A stretch of DNA of 38,348 nt. Origin: Candidatus Omnitrophota bacterium. GTDB lineage: Bacteria > Verrucomicrobiota > Kiritimatiellia > SS1-B-03-39 > UBA6053. Both the position numbers and the translations under genes were made by a program. The notes beneath the pieces are model-generated. The model saw only the letters and a program-made list of their open reading frames with translations. It had not been told where the DNA came from and did no database searches. The stretch covers positions 1-38,348 of the forward strand of contig JBLIND010000010.1 of NCBI GenBank assembly GCA_047639095.1. Direction: 5' to 3'. Positions 17,016 through 25,716 of this stretch are shown here, piece after piece (the stretch's first letter is position 1; each line of letters begins with the position of its first letter).

Positions 17016-18169
17016 GTGCGGCTCCTTCCGCCTCTGCCACCAGCGGATGGACCATGTACCGTGGCAATGCCGCGCGCAGTCGATCCACCTTGCAAGAAGC
17101 GCCTGCAACTTTAAGTCAACGATGGGTCTATGAGGTGCCGCCCCTGCCTGCCGCTTCGTTGACCGAGGATTGGACGGCGCGCCTGGCCCCGGCCCTGACC
17201 CAACCGGTCATTCTTGGGGAGACGGTGGTCTGTGTGGTACAGGATCAAGGGCGTGTCTTCGCTCTCGATGCCGCATCCGGAAAACGTAAGTGGGAATACA
17301 TCCTCCCTTCACGTGTCGACTCTGCTCCGTCCTTATCGAATGGACTCGTGCTTTCGGGCTGTCACGACGGGTGGCTGTATGCCATCCACATCGACACCGG
17401 GGAACTCGCCTGGCGAACACGGATTGCCCCGCTTGAGCAGTATATGGTTGCGAACGGGCGGGTGGAATCTTCCTGGCCGGTCCTGGGCAGCCCACTGATC
17501 ACGAATGGACAACTTTTCGCCGTAGCCGGACGTAGTACAGAAGCAGATGGCGGGCTGGCCATCGTTCAGCTTCATCCAGAAAGCGGGGAATGTATTTGGG
17601 CGGCAGGTTCGGGACCGGGAGCGAAGCGTCGAGCCGATCTGCTTTATTCAGAAGGTGGCAAGGTCTACGCAACCCAAACGCACATTGATCCCACGCGAAA
17701 GCAAGTGCTGCGTGATGCAGAGGCGACGAGCGGGCGACCGATCGCGGGTTCTGCAATTCTGGATGCCTACCTGGGGGTGCACGGTATTCGTGGTTTTACC
17801 AAGGATCTGGACGCCTGGACGGATGGCTTGCATGTGCGGGCCAATCAAGCCACCCTGACCGCGACGACATCGCGTGCCCATGTGATCAGTCAACCTCCGA
17901 AGGCCACGGCCCTGCAGCCAGTAATCTGGCGGGTCAGTTTCGAACGTGGAGATGTTATCAATGGCTTATTCATCACCCCTGATCACGTGCTGGTAAGCAC
18001 CAGACGATCTGATTCGGCCGGTCGGATTACCGTGCTGAATCGCAGCAAGGGGCGGGAAGTGACCTGAATCGATCTGGATGCAGCACCCGCCTACGACGGC
18101 CTGTCTGTAAGTCAGAACCGCCTCTTTGTCGCTTGCGAGAAGGGTGCGCTGATCTGCCTGGGAAACTAG
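16934..18169 (+). pseudogene. PQQ-like beta-propeller (BamB-like) gene, apparently disrupted: no ATG or signal peptide at its 5' end, and an in-frame TGA at 18065-18067
   Basis: Frame 2 is open from the TAG at 16931. There is no ATG until TMYRGNAARS (17054), where the track uses a TTG at 16961. The protein has the propeller hallmarks WTMYRGNAARSRST and repeated ...G.LYA.d..TGe..W blocks. The TGA at 18065 is followed in the same frame by IDLDAAPAYDGLSVSQNRLFVACEKGALICLGN* to a TAG at 18167-18169. That is a textbook final PQQ blade in which the TGA sits where the conserved Trp (TGG) is expected. Confidence 0.45.
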
Positions 18170-18172
18170 CCT

Positions 18173-19498
18173 CTACTTAAAAACCTTCAGCGTGTTCGCC
18201 CGGGTGACGGGATACCAGCCATCGATTTGGCCAACCAGTCGCGCAACGATATCCGGGTGTTGAGCTGCCAGGTTCTGCTCTTCGCTTGGATCCGCCAGGA
18301 GATCGTAGAGCTGAGGGCGTTTTTCGGTTCGGGCATGCGTGGAGGTGTACTTGCTCACCTTGCCGTCGTACGTCAGCAGGAGCTTCCATTTACCCTCGAT
18401 GCACCAGCGATAGAGAAGGGTTGCTTCGTGGTCGTCCAGATCCAGCACATCGTGCGCACAGCCTTCACCGAAGACGATGTTGCGTTCCAGGGTTTTCCCG
18501 TCTCGAACAACCGGCATGAGATTCAGCCCCGGGAGATTGGCTGGGATCGTTGCCCCGGCCGCACTCAACATCGTTGGCATGAGGTCGATGCTGCTGATGA
18601 GCTCATCGTGCTTCGAGGGTTTAATTTTTCCCGGCCAATTGAACATGATGGGTGTCCGTATACCCCCTTCATTTGCACTTTGTTTTGAGCGCGGAGCATA
18701 GCCGCCCTTGTTCGGGCTTTGAATCCATCCATTATCCGTAACATAAATGATAAGGGTGTTTTCCCTGAGTTTCTTCTGGTCGAGGTAGCCGACCAGCTCC
18801 CCACAGGTTTCATCAAACCAATCACACATGGCATAGTATCTCGCCTCAAAGGACGACCGGCCTTCGCTTGTGTATTTCTTCAGCAGCCGCGCGGGCGGGT
18901 TGTGTGGGGTGTGAGGGAGAAAGGGCGCGTACCAAACGAAAAAGGGTTTATCCGCCTCGGTCGCTTCATCGATAAAATCAAAAACTGGCGTCATGCCGGT
19001 ACGGCCGATCTTGAGGCCGTCGTCTCCATGACGACCACCCTTTGTCGGAAATCCTCGGGTCATCCCGTGGGTGAAACCGCCGCGCGTGAAATTGCCCTCC
19101 CACCATTTACCACTCTGGTGGCTGAGATAGCCCAGGTCTCCCAACAATTTGGGCACGGTGGGACATTGGTCGATTTTTGAAATCAAGGCGCTGCGCAACT
19201 CTGGTGTATTCGGGTTGGGATCGTTGCCGGTCACGCCGTGCTGGGAGGCATACAGACCGGTGATAATCGTCATCAGTGATGGCCGACACAGTGCGGTTGG
19301 GACATAGCCGCGCGTAAAGGTGGCGCTTTCTGCGGCCAGCTTATCCAAGTGGGGCGTCTCGATGACTTCATGACCCATGAAGCTGTAATCGTTCCAGGCC
19401 TGGTCATCAGAGAGAATCAGGACAATATTCGGACGCGCTGCAGCCCGCAGGGTGGCGACGGTAAAAAGGGCAAGGACTATGAGGTAACATGGTTTCAT
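18173..19498 (-). CDS. Secreted sulfatase with a non-canonical FGly motif C-R-P-S-L (the Arg of C-x-P-x-R is replaced by Leu)
   Basis: 441 aa with the signal peptide MKPCYLIVLALFTVATLRAAA. Sulfatase blocks IVLILSDDQAW, TALCRPSLMTIITGLY (codons tgt cgg cca tca ctg, verified on the minus strand), GKWW and IIYVTDNGW. Confidence 0.85.
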   Translation of the reverse strand: MKPCYLIVLALFTVATLRAAARPNIVLILSDDQAWNDYSFMGHEVIETPHLDKLAAESATFTRGYVPTALCRPSLMTIITGLYASQHGVTGNDPNPNTPELRSALISKIDQCPTVPKLLGDLGYLSHQSGKWWEGNFTRGGFTHGMTRGFPTKGGRHGDDGLKIGRTGMTPVFDFIDEATEADKPFFVWYAPFLPHTPHNPPARLLKKYTSEGRSSFEARYYAMCDWFDETCGELVGYLDQKKLRENTLIIYVTDNGWIQSPNKGGYAPRSKQSANEGGIRTPIMFNWPGKIKPSKHDELISSIDLMPTMLSAAGATIPANLPGLNLMPVVRDGKTLERNIVFGEGCAHDVLDLDDHEATLLYRWCIEGKWKLLLTYDGKVSKYTSTHARTEKRPQLYDLLADPSEEQNLAAQHPDIVARLVGQIDGWYPVTRANTLKVFK

Positions 19499-19635
19499 GG
19501 ACGGGGATCTCGGGTTTCACAAATATACGGCAGGTTTACCTGAATTTGGACGCACAGGCGCAATGAATTCCTTGATCCATTTCGATTCAACACTGGCTAT
19601 TTTACGCTTGCTGCTTAGCGTCCCCGCGTACGTTT

Positions 19636-21825
19636 ATGAATGTAGAGCAGAAAGATCATAAGTTCGGCACGTTCGGCGGGGTCTTTACGCCCTGCACACT
19701 CACCATTCTGGGTGTGATTTTCTTTTTGCGCTTTGGCCAGGTCATCGGCCAGGCTGGGGTTCTCCACGCGGTTATTATCGTGTTGAGTGCCAAGCTCATC
19801 ACGACCCTCACCACCTTTTCCCTCTCCGCGATCGCGACCAACACCCAGTTGAAGGGGGGAGGAGCCTATTATTTGATCAGCCGCAGCCTGGGGGTGGAAT
19901 TTGGCGGTTCCATTGGCGTCGTCTTTTTCCTGGCACAGGCGGTCTCCGTGGCGATGTATGTGATCGGCTTTACCGAAGCCTTCCTTGCCGCCTTCCCCGG
20001 CTATGGATTTTCATTCCTCGGGGTGGCCACCTGTACCAACGTCCTGGTGTTCATCTGCGTGTTTATCGGTGCAGGGTGGACCATCAAAGTACAGTATGGC
20101 ATTCTTGCCCTGTTGCTGTTGTCGATCCTGGCCGTCCTTGCCGGCGCGATCCCTCAGATGTCTTTCGATGTGCTGCGCGCAAATATGGCGCCGCACTACT
20201 TGGGTGGGGCGACCTTCTTCACGATGTTCGCACTCTTCTTCCCCGCCGTTACGGGTATCATGGCCGGGGCCAACATGAGCGGCGATCTGCGTGACCCGGG
20301 CAAGTCGATCCCACGCGGTACGCTGAGTGCCATCGTGTTTACAGGCTTCATTTACCTGAGCATGATTTTCGTGCTGGGTGCGGTCCGCCCCGCAGCGAGC
20401 CTCCAGGCGGACAACCTGATCATGAAATCTATCTCCATTTCTCCCGTGATGGTGATCATCGGAATTTTTGCGGCGACGTTATCTTCCGCCCTGGGTTCCA
20501 TGATGGGCGCTCCGCGTATTCTTCAGGCTTTTGCGCGTGATCGGATTATTCTACCCCTGAAGCCGTTTGCCAAGACCAGCGGTAAGGCCAACGAACCGCG
20601 GCGTGCGACGATCCTGACCTTTGTCATCGCCCAGATCAGTGTCCTCTGTGGTGACCTGAACGCCATTGCTCCAATCATCACCATGTTCTTCATGATCACG
20701 TATGGCACCATCAATATCGCGTGCTTCTACGAGGCGATTACACACAATCCCAGTTACCGCCCCCGCTTTCGCTTAACCCACTGGACGCTCGCCCTGCTCG
20801 GTGCGGTGGGGTGCCTCCTGGTGATGTTCCTCCTGAATCCGGTTTGGGCCTGCATCGCCATGCTGGGCATGGCGGGCTTATGGTGGTACATCAGCCGCAT
20901 CGAAGTCAGTAAGCGCTGGGGCGATGCTACACGCGGATTTGCCTTTGAACGCTGTCGCCGCGCGTTGCTCCGGCTGGAGCAGGATCGCTACCATCCCAAG
21001 AATTGGCGCCCGAGTATCCTCGCCTTCATCGGTCTCGCGGGAAGCCGATCTCATCTCGCAGAATATGGGCACTGGATGACCGCCGGTCATGGTATCCTCT
21101 CCCTTGCCCAGGTGATTACCGGCGAAGTCGAAAACCGGGTGGAGCGGATGAAAATCGAGGCGGATCGTATTCGTGAATTCATTCATGATGAAACGATTGA
21201 TGCGTTTCCTGCACTGGTGGTGGCTTCGGACGTCACCGAGGGTATGAATTCGTTGATCCAATGCCACGGGGTCGGAGGCATTAGCCCGAATACCGTGTTG
21301 ATTGGCTGGAGCGATGATGCCCTGAATTACGAGGCCTTCTGTACGACGCTTCGCCTGTGCCGAAGCCTTGACCGGAGCATCATCTGCATGCGGAATCGCC
21401 AGGATATGCCCGCGCGTTGGGCACCCCCGACGGGGCCGATTGACATCTGGTGGCGTGGCCAGCAACACGGCCCGTTGATGTTGTTGCTCGCGCACCTGCT
21501 CGTACAGAATCATGAATGGCGCAACCGAAAAATTCGCCTCCTGCGTGCGGTGTCCTCCGAAAACGATCAGGTGGATGCCCGGGAACGGCTGCAGCAGCTC
21601 GCGGAAGAATCACGGATTGCGGTTCAGGCGGAAGTGTTTGTTACAAAAAACGTCGGCAAAAAAATCCGAAGCGTCTCCGCTGATTCGGCCCTGGTCTTTT
21701 TGGGCTTCGACCCGCCGATCGAAGGTCAGGAAGTGGCGTTCATGAAGCGAACGAACGATTTCACAGGTGACTTGCCCAATGTCGTCCTCGTTTCAAGTGC
21801 GGGTGGCATCTCACTTCACGCCTAG
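19636..21825 (+). CDS. Cation-chloride cotransporter homologue (SLC12/CCC family of the APC superfamily) with a C-terminal cytoplasmic domain
   Basis: 729 aa. The N-terminal KFGTFGGVFTPCTLTILGVIFFLRFGQVIGQAG matches the SLC12 TM1 signature (GT.GV..PC..I.GVI.FLR). There are ~12 TM segments followed by a ~300 aa soluble tail. It is divergent from the sulfatase at 18173-19498. Confidence 0.8.
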   Translation: MNVEQKDHKFGTFGGVFTPCTLTILGVIFFLRFGQVIGQAGVLHAVIIVLSAKLITTLTTFSLSAIATNTQLKGGGAYYLISRSLGVEFGGSIGVVFFLAQAVSVAMYVIGFTEAFLAAFPGYGFSFLGVATCTNVLVFICVFIGAGWTIKVQYGILALLLLSILAVLAGAIPQMSFDVLRANMAPHYLGGATFFTMFALFFPAVTGIMAGANMSGDLRDPGKSIPRGTLSAIVFTGFIYLSMIFVLGAVRPAASLQADNLIMKSISISPVMVIIGIFAATLSSALGSMMGAPRILQAFARDRIILPLKPFAKTSGKANEPRRATILTFVIAQISVLCGDLNAIAPIITMFFMITYGTINIACFYEAITHNPSYRPRFRLTHWTLALLGAVGCLLVMFLLNPVWACIAMLGMAGLWWYISRIEVSKRWGDATRGFAFERCRRALLRLEQDRYHPKNWRPSILAFIGLAGSRSHLAEYGHWMTAGHGILSLAQVITGEVENRVERMKIEADRIREFIHDETIDAFPALVVASDVTEGMNSLIQCHGVGGISPNTVLIGWSDDALNYEAFCTTLRLCRSLDRSIICMRNRQDMPARWAPPTGPIDIWWRGQQHGPLMLLLAHLLVQNHEWRNRKIRLLRAVSSENDQVDARERLQQLAEESRIAVQAEVFVTKNVGKKIRSVSADSALVFLGFDPPIEGQEVAFMKRTNDFTGDLPNVVLVSSAGGISLHA

Positions 21826-21828
21826 CGA

Positions 21829-22590
21829 TCACTTCGGCTTTGAAGATCCCTGCTGGGAAAACCGTTTGAGCATGTCGTCCACCCGTCGCTGAATCATCTC
21901 GCTGCGTTTGGCATCATCATCACCCATCATCTGTTCGAGCTTGCCCAGTTCCTGACGCAGCTTTTCGATGTGCTTTCGGCGTTCCGCCTGGCGGCTTTCA
22001 AAAATCCGTGCAACGTGTTGGGTGACGTCCTCGCGAATGGCATCGCGTGCTGCGTCGTCTTCGGCATCCCGATAGGCCTTGGCCAGTTGGGTAAACTGTG
22101 CGTTGATTTTCTCGTAGTCTTTACGCTTGGCATCTTTATCTTCGCTGGAATTGAAGCCCTCATGCCCTCCGCCTCCTCCGCGCATCATGAACCGACCGAT
22201 CATTTCGCGACGCCGCTCTTCCGGAAGGCGGTTCAGCAGATCCGCCATTTCGGGGAAGTCTTTGAAGCGATTTTTAAATTCGCCTTGGTTCAGGCGTTGG
22301 CCGAGGCGCTCTCTGAATGCGGCGGGGTCTTCCTCTTTGAGGCGCTGTAATTCGTCAAAAGCAGCCGGATCGTTTTCCTTGAGGCGGTTCATATACGCGT
22401 CGAGGGGGCGTCGGTTTTTGTTCGGGCTGCCCGCGGGACCATGAAACCCCGGACCTCGTTCGCCTCCGGAATGTTCACCTGGGCGCATGCCGGGGCCGGG
22501 ACGCCGGTCCGGACGCGTGTCCTGCGCTGTCACGCCAAGGGTCAGAATCAAACTGCTGCTGATGAGGAGATATCGCATAGGCCAGTTCAT
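21829..22590 (-). CDS. Periplasmic LTXXQ/Spy-CpxP-like charged helical protein; the last gene of the ECF sigma operon
   Basis: 253 aa with a signal peptide (LLISSSLILTLGVTAQ), then a highly charged helical repeat protein with KEEDPAAF / LxRLxEE-type repeats. Its start overlaps the anti-sigma stop (ATGA at 22587-22590). Confidence 0.5.
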   Translation of the reverse strand: MNWPMRYLLISSSLILTLGVTAQDTRPDRRPGPGMRPGEHSGGERGPGFHGPAGSPNKNRRPLDAYMNRLKENDPAAFDELQRLKEEDPAAFRERLGQRLNQGEFKNRFKDFPEMADLLNRLPEERRREMIGRFMMRGGGGGHEGFNSSEDKDAKRKDYEKINAQFTQLAKAYRDAEDDAARDAIREDVTQHVARIFESRQAERRKHIEKLRQELGKLEQMMGDDDAKRSEMIQRRVDDMLKRFSQQGSSKPK

Positions 22591-23150
22591 GTGTTGGATT
22601 CCAATTGTAGAAGTTCACTGGCGATTTCATCCAGGTCGTTAGGCGTGGGTTCGCCCCAGAAATTTCCGCTGAAAAGCTCGTCGCTGACTTGGGAGATCCT
22701 CGCTTCCAACGCGGTGAATCCCTGGTCCACTTCGTCGTTAACGAGTGCCGCCAGTTCAATGATGGGTTCGGTTGTCATCTCCGGAGTCTCCTGGGCCAAA
22801 GTCGCGGGGTTTGAGGAGAGCAGGGGTTTCACCAGAGTGCCCAGTGCAAAGAGCAGGACGATCGCTGCTGCCAGAGCGAGCAGGGGTTTGAAACGGCCCG
22901 CTGTGTGGCTGTTGGTGGACGTCGCCTGATGCTGTCGGGCAGCTTGATGAATCCGCTCCAGGGTTATTTCGCTCACGTTCGCATCATCGACGGGCAATGA
23001 AGCCGCTTCGCTTATCGTCGCATAGTCCTTGGCGAGGGCGCGCGCATCAGCGTTCTCCGCCAGCCAGTCTTCAAGCTCGACGGACTCCTGCTCGCCCAGT
23101 TCGCCACTTTGACGCAATAGAATGTACGTTTCCAGCTGTTCTTGTTTCAT
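22587..23150 (-). CDS. Anti-sigma factor (single-pass membrane protein)
   Basis: 187 aa. The N-terminal cytoplasmic anti-sigma-like helix (LETYILLRQSGELGEQESVELEDWLAENADARALAKDY) is followed by a TM helix LLALAAAIVLLFALGTLV and a periplasmic tail. A 4-nt ATGA overlap links it to the sigma factor stop at 23147-23150. Confidence 0.55.
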   Translation of the reverse strand: MKQEQLETYILLRQSGELGEQESVELEDWLAENADARALAKDYATISEAASLPVDDANVSEITLERIHQAARQHQATSTNSHTAGRFKPLLALAAAIVLLFALGTLVKPLLSSNPATLAQETPEMTTEPIIELAALVNDEVDQGFTALEARISQVSDELFSGNFWGEPTPNDLDEIASELLQLESNT

Positions 23151-23749
23151 AGTACTTTCCTGTCGTTAAAATCTGCGTAGTCCGCTTTCAAAGCTTCACG
23201 GAGGTGGTTGAGTGCGTATTGCATCCGGCCCAGGGCCGTATTGATGGAGCAGTCCATAATGACCGCGATCTCCTTGAACGGAAGCTGACCTTCGGTACGC
23301 ATCAAAAATACCTCGCGCTGTTCAAGCGGCAGGAGGTCGACGGCTGCACGTATGCGTTCGCCGAGCTCCAGGCCTTCTGTAATCCGAACCGGATCCAGTC
23401 CCGCAGCGGCCGTCCGGTCCTCGATGGCATTCTCGCCGTCGGCATCCCCATGGATGCTCGCGACGGGCTTTTTTTTGCGCGCCCGGTCGATGATGTGGTT
23501 GTGGGTAATCCGAAACATCCAGCTGAGGAATTTTTGATCCTTATAGCTGTCAAAACTTCGGATAGCCTTGAACCAGACCTCTTGAAATATTTCTTCCGCG
23601 TCACTTTTGTTCTCAATCATTCGCAGGATGTATCCGAAAAGAGGGCGCCGGTAGTGCTCCACCAGCAAACCCAAGGCGTTTACATCGCCGTTTCTGTATG
23701 CATCCAGCCACATCTTTTCAGGGGCATCCATTTGGTCTTCTAAAGGCAT
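23147..23749 (-). CDS. ECF (sigma-70 family, RpoE-like) RNA polymerase sigma factor
   Basis: 200 aa. Region-2 block FGYILRMIENKSDAEEIFQEVWFKAIRSFDSYK...SWMFRITHNHIIDRARK and region-4 block LPLEQREVFLMRTEGQLPFKEIAVIMDCSINTALGRMQYAL (an HTH). Confidence 0.85.
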   Translation of the reverse strand: MPLEDQMDAPEKMWLDAYRNGDVNALGLLVEHYRRPLFGYILRMIENKSDAEEIFQEVWFKAIRSFDSYKDQKFLSWMFRITHNHIIDRARKKKPVASIHGDADGENAIEDRTAAAGLDPVRITEGLELGERIRAAVDLLPLEQREVFLMRTEGQLPFKEIAVIMDCSINTALGRMQYALNHLREALKADYADFNDRKVL

Positions 23750-23773
23750 AACGGCTAGTGGTGGGCAATATTG

Positions 23774-23796
23774 TGTGAAATCTCCGGAAATTCACA
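23774..23796. promoter_or_regulatory. Inverted repeat TGTGAA-N11-TTCACA in the promoter region of the ECF sigma operon
   Basis: tgtgaaatctccggaaattcaca lies 25-47 nt upstream of the sigma start codon, which is on the minus strand at 23749. Confidence 0.25.
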
Positions 23797-23819
23797 AAAA
23801 AGAGCTTTGTTTTATTATC

Positions 23820-24664
23820 TTAGCGGTCGCTGCTCCATCGTTCGCCCTGCTCCAACACGGCGTATCGTTGGCCGAGCCCCTCACACTCCTCCTTGAAGAG
23901 GCGGGGTGAAGCGGTATTGAAGGCAAACATATCGTAATGGCACGGTATGACCACGCCTGCTGCGATCTGATCGGCAAGCTCGGCGGCTTCCAGCCCGGAT
24001 AGGTTTCCCGCGACGCGGCGCTCCGGTTTGTTCCCATTGATGGGGAGGATGGCCACGTCCAGATCGTAGTGTAAAAGTCGGGCGGCGAGACCATCATAAA
24101 GCAGGGTGTCCCCGCTATGATAGAGGGCATGGTCGCCAAAGGTGAAGACGTACCCCAGGTATTTATGTCGTCCTTGTTCATCCTGATCGAGCGTGTTGTG
24201 CGCTGCGGGCAGGGCGTGTATGGTGAACACTCCCGCTTCAATCGATTGGTTCGCATCAATCGAGGTCAGGCGATCCTCGGGCACAGCCAGGCGTTCAGCC
24301 GCGAAAGCCTGGTTGGCGGCAGGCACGATTACGTCCATGGCTTCATTGACCCGCATGAGCGGAATGAGGGTTTCGGCATCCAGATGATCGGTATGGTTAT
24401 GACTCGATGTGACTACGTCGATAAAATTGAGGTCGGCGGGTCCGATGACCTGCTCTGTGACGCGCACATGTGGTTTGTCGGTGTTCGCATATTTATGTGT
24501 GAGGGAATCAGACAGGTAGGGGTCAATCAGCAGATGCTGGTCCTGCCATTGAATCAGGAAACCGCTCTGGCCCAACCACCACAGATGGAATTGGTCCGAT
24601 TGATCCCGGGCTTCGCGAATATCGGTCAGCAGCTCGGCCCCTTTTCTTCGGGCCGCTTTCATAT
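23820..24664 (-). CDS. MBL-fold metallo-hydrolase
   Basis: The HxHxDH motif VVTSSHNHTDHLD and downstream His/Asp ligands (HALPAAH, YHSGDT, PCHYDMF). The start is assigned to the ATG at 24662-24664 (MKAARRKG...), which gives an ATGA overlap with the upstream MetE-like gene's stop. The longer ORF to 24731 would overlap that gene by 70 nt. Confidence 0.7.
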
Positions 24665-25693
24665 CCCAAGCTCCTCGCGCACGAGACGGGCGCCCTCCAC
24701 CATATGCTTCAGTTTCAATTTGGCGGCCCATCGGGCGGTCTGGCTGAGTCCGCAGTCGGGCGCGAGAGACAGGCGTTCGGGTGGTGCAAACGCCAGGCAG
24801 CGTTTAATGCGCTCAACGACATCTTCAACCGATTCGATGTAATAGCTTTTCACGTCGATAATGCCTACGGCAGCGTCCCGGGTCTGGGTGATCTGTTCCA
24901 GGATTTCCAGTTCAGCGAATTCCCGGCTGGCCATTTCGACATGTATTTCATCGACCTGCATGCCCAGGAACGCGGGGAACATGGGCGCATAGCTGCGCAA
25001 GCCCACCGCATGTCCTTTGAAATTGCCAAAGCACAGGTGAGTGGAGAGGTGGCATTTTCCGACGATTGGTTCCACCGTACGGTTAAAAATTTCGACAAAG
25101 CGATCCGGGTCTGCTTTGTGCGCGTAACAACTCATCGAGGGCTCATCCACGGTGATTTCGGTGCAGCCAGCCGCGACAAGGTCCTCCAGCTCTTTGCGGA
25201 CCAGAGGCAGCAGGGCTTCCGTGATAGCATAGCGATCCGCATACTGTGCATTTGGCAGCAGGCGACCACTCAGGGTATACGGCCCGGGTACGCTGGCTTT
25301 CAAGGTCGGGCCGGCCGGCGCGAGTCGTTGCAAGCGTTTGAATTCCTCAACTGCACCCAGGCCGTCCGGCGCGGAGAGCGTGTCAACGATTTCATGCTTT
25401 CCGCGCTGATCGTGTGCCGGTGGCCCCCAGAGTCGAGGAGATCGCGCCTCCATTTTCAGGCCCTGAAGGAAGCCATAAAAGGAAAGGTTGAAGTCAAATC
25501 GCGTCTGTTCTCCGTCCGTGATGACATCCAATCCGGCCGAAACCTGGTCATGGATTGCGTTCACCACGGCATCGTCCTGCATCTCGGCGATGTCGTCCGC
25601 GCCAAAGGCGTCGAGGTGACGGCTGGAATATTCCAGCCAGCTTGGAAAAGGATAGCTGCCGATGACGGTCGTGCGCAGGGGTTGGTCTTGCAT
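24659..25693 (-). CDS. Cobalamin-independent methionine synthase (MetE) C-terminal-domain-like protein, a Zn-dependent methyltransferase of the UroD/MetE fold
   Basis: 344 aa. TTVIGSYPFPSWLE at the N-terminus and the Zn-ligand blocks HLCFGNF and APDCGL in MetE-typical order. Its size matches stand-alone MetE C-domain homologues. Confidence 0.7.
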   Translation of the reverse strand: MQDQPLRTTVIGSYPFPSWLEYSSRHLDAFGADDIAEMQDDAVVNAIHDQVSAGLDVITDGEQTRFDFNLSFYGFLQGLKMEARSPRLWGPPAHDQRGKHEIVDTLSAPDGLGAVEEFKRLQRLAPAGPTLKASVPGPYTLSGRLLPNAQYADRYAITEALLPLVRKELEDLVAAGCTEITVDEPSMSCYAHKADPDRFVEIFNRTVEPIVGKCHLSTHLCFGNFKGHAVGLRSYAPMFPAFLGMQVDEIHVEMASREFAELEILEQITQTRDAAVGIIDVKSYYIESVEDVVERIKRCLAFAPPERLSLAPDCGLSQTARWAAKLKLKHMVEGARLVREELGI

Positions 25694-25716
25694 TCGATCT
25701 TTATGCGAATTATTCT

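Noticed and set aside
18065-18067. In-frame TGA in the PQQ gene as a selenocysteine codon
   Set aside because: The aligned position is a conserved Trp, not Cys/Sec. No SECIS-like hairpin follows. TGA is used as an ordinary stop by several neighbouring genes.
23774-23796. TGTGA...TCACA half-sites read as a CRP/FNR box
   Set aside because: The spacing between the TGTGA and TCACA cores is 13 nt, not the 6 nt of CRP/FNR sites. It is kept only as a generic inverted repeat.
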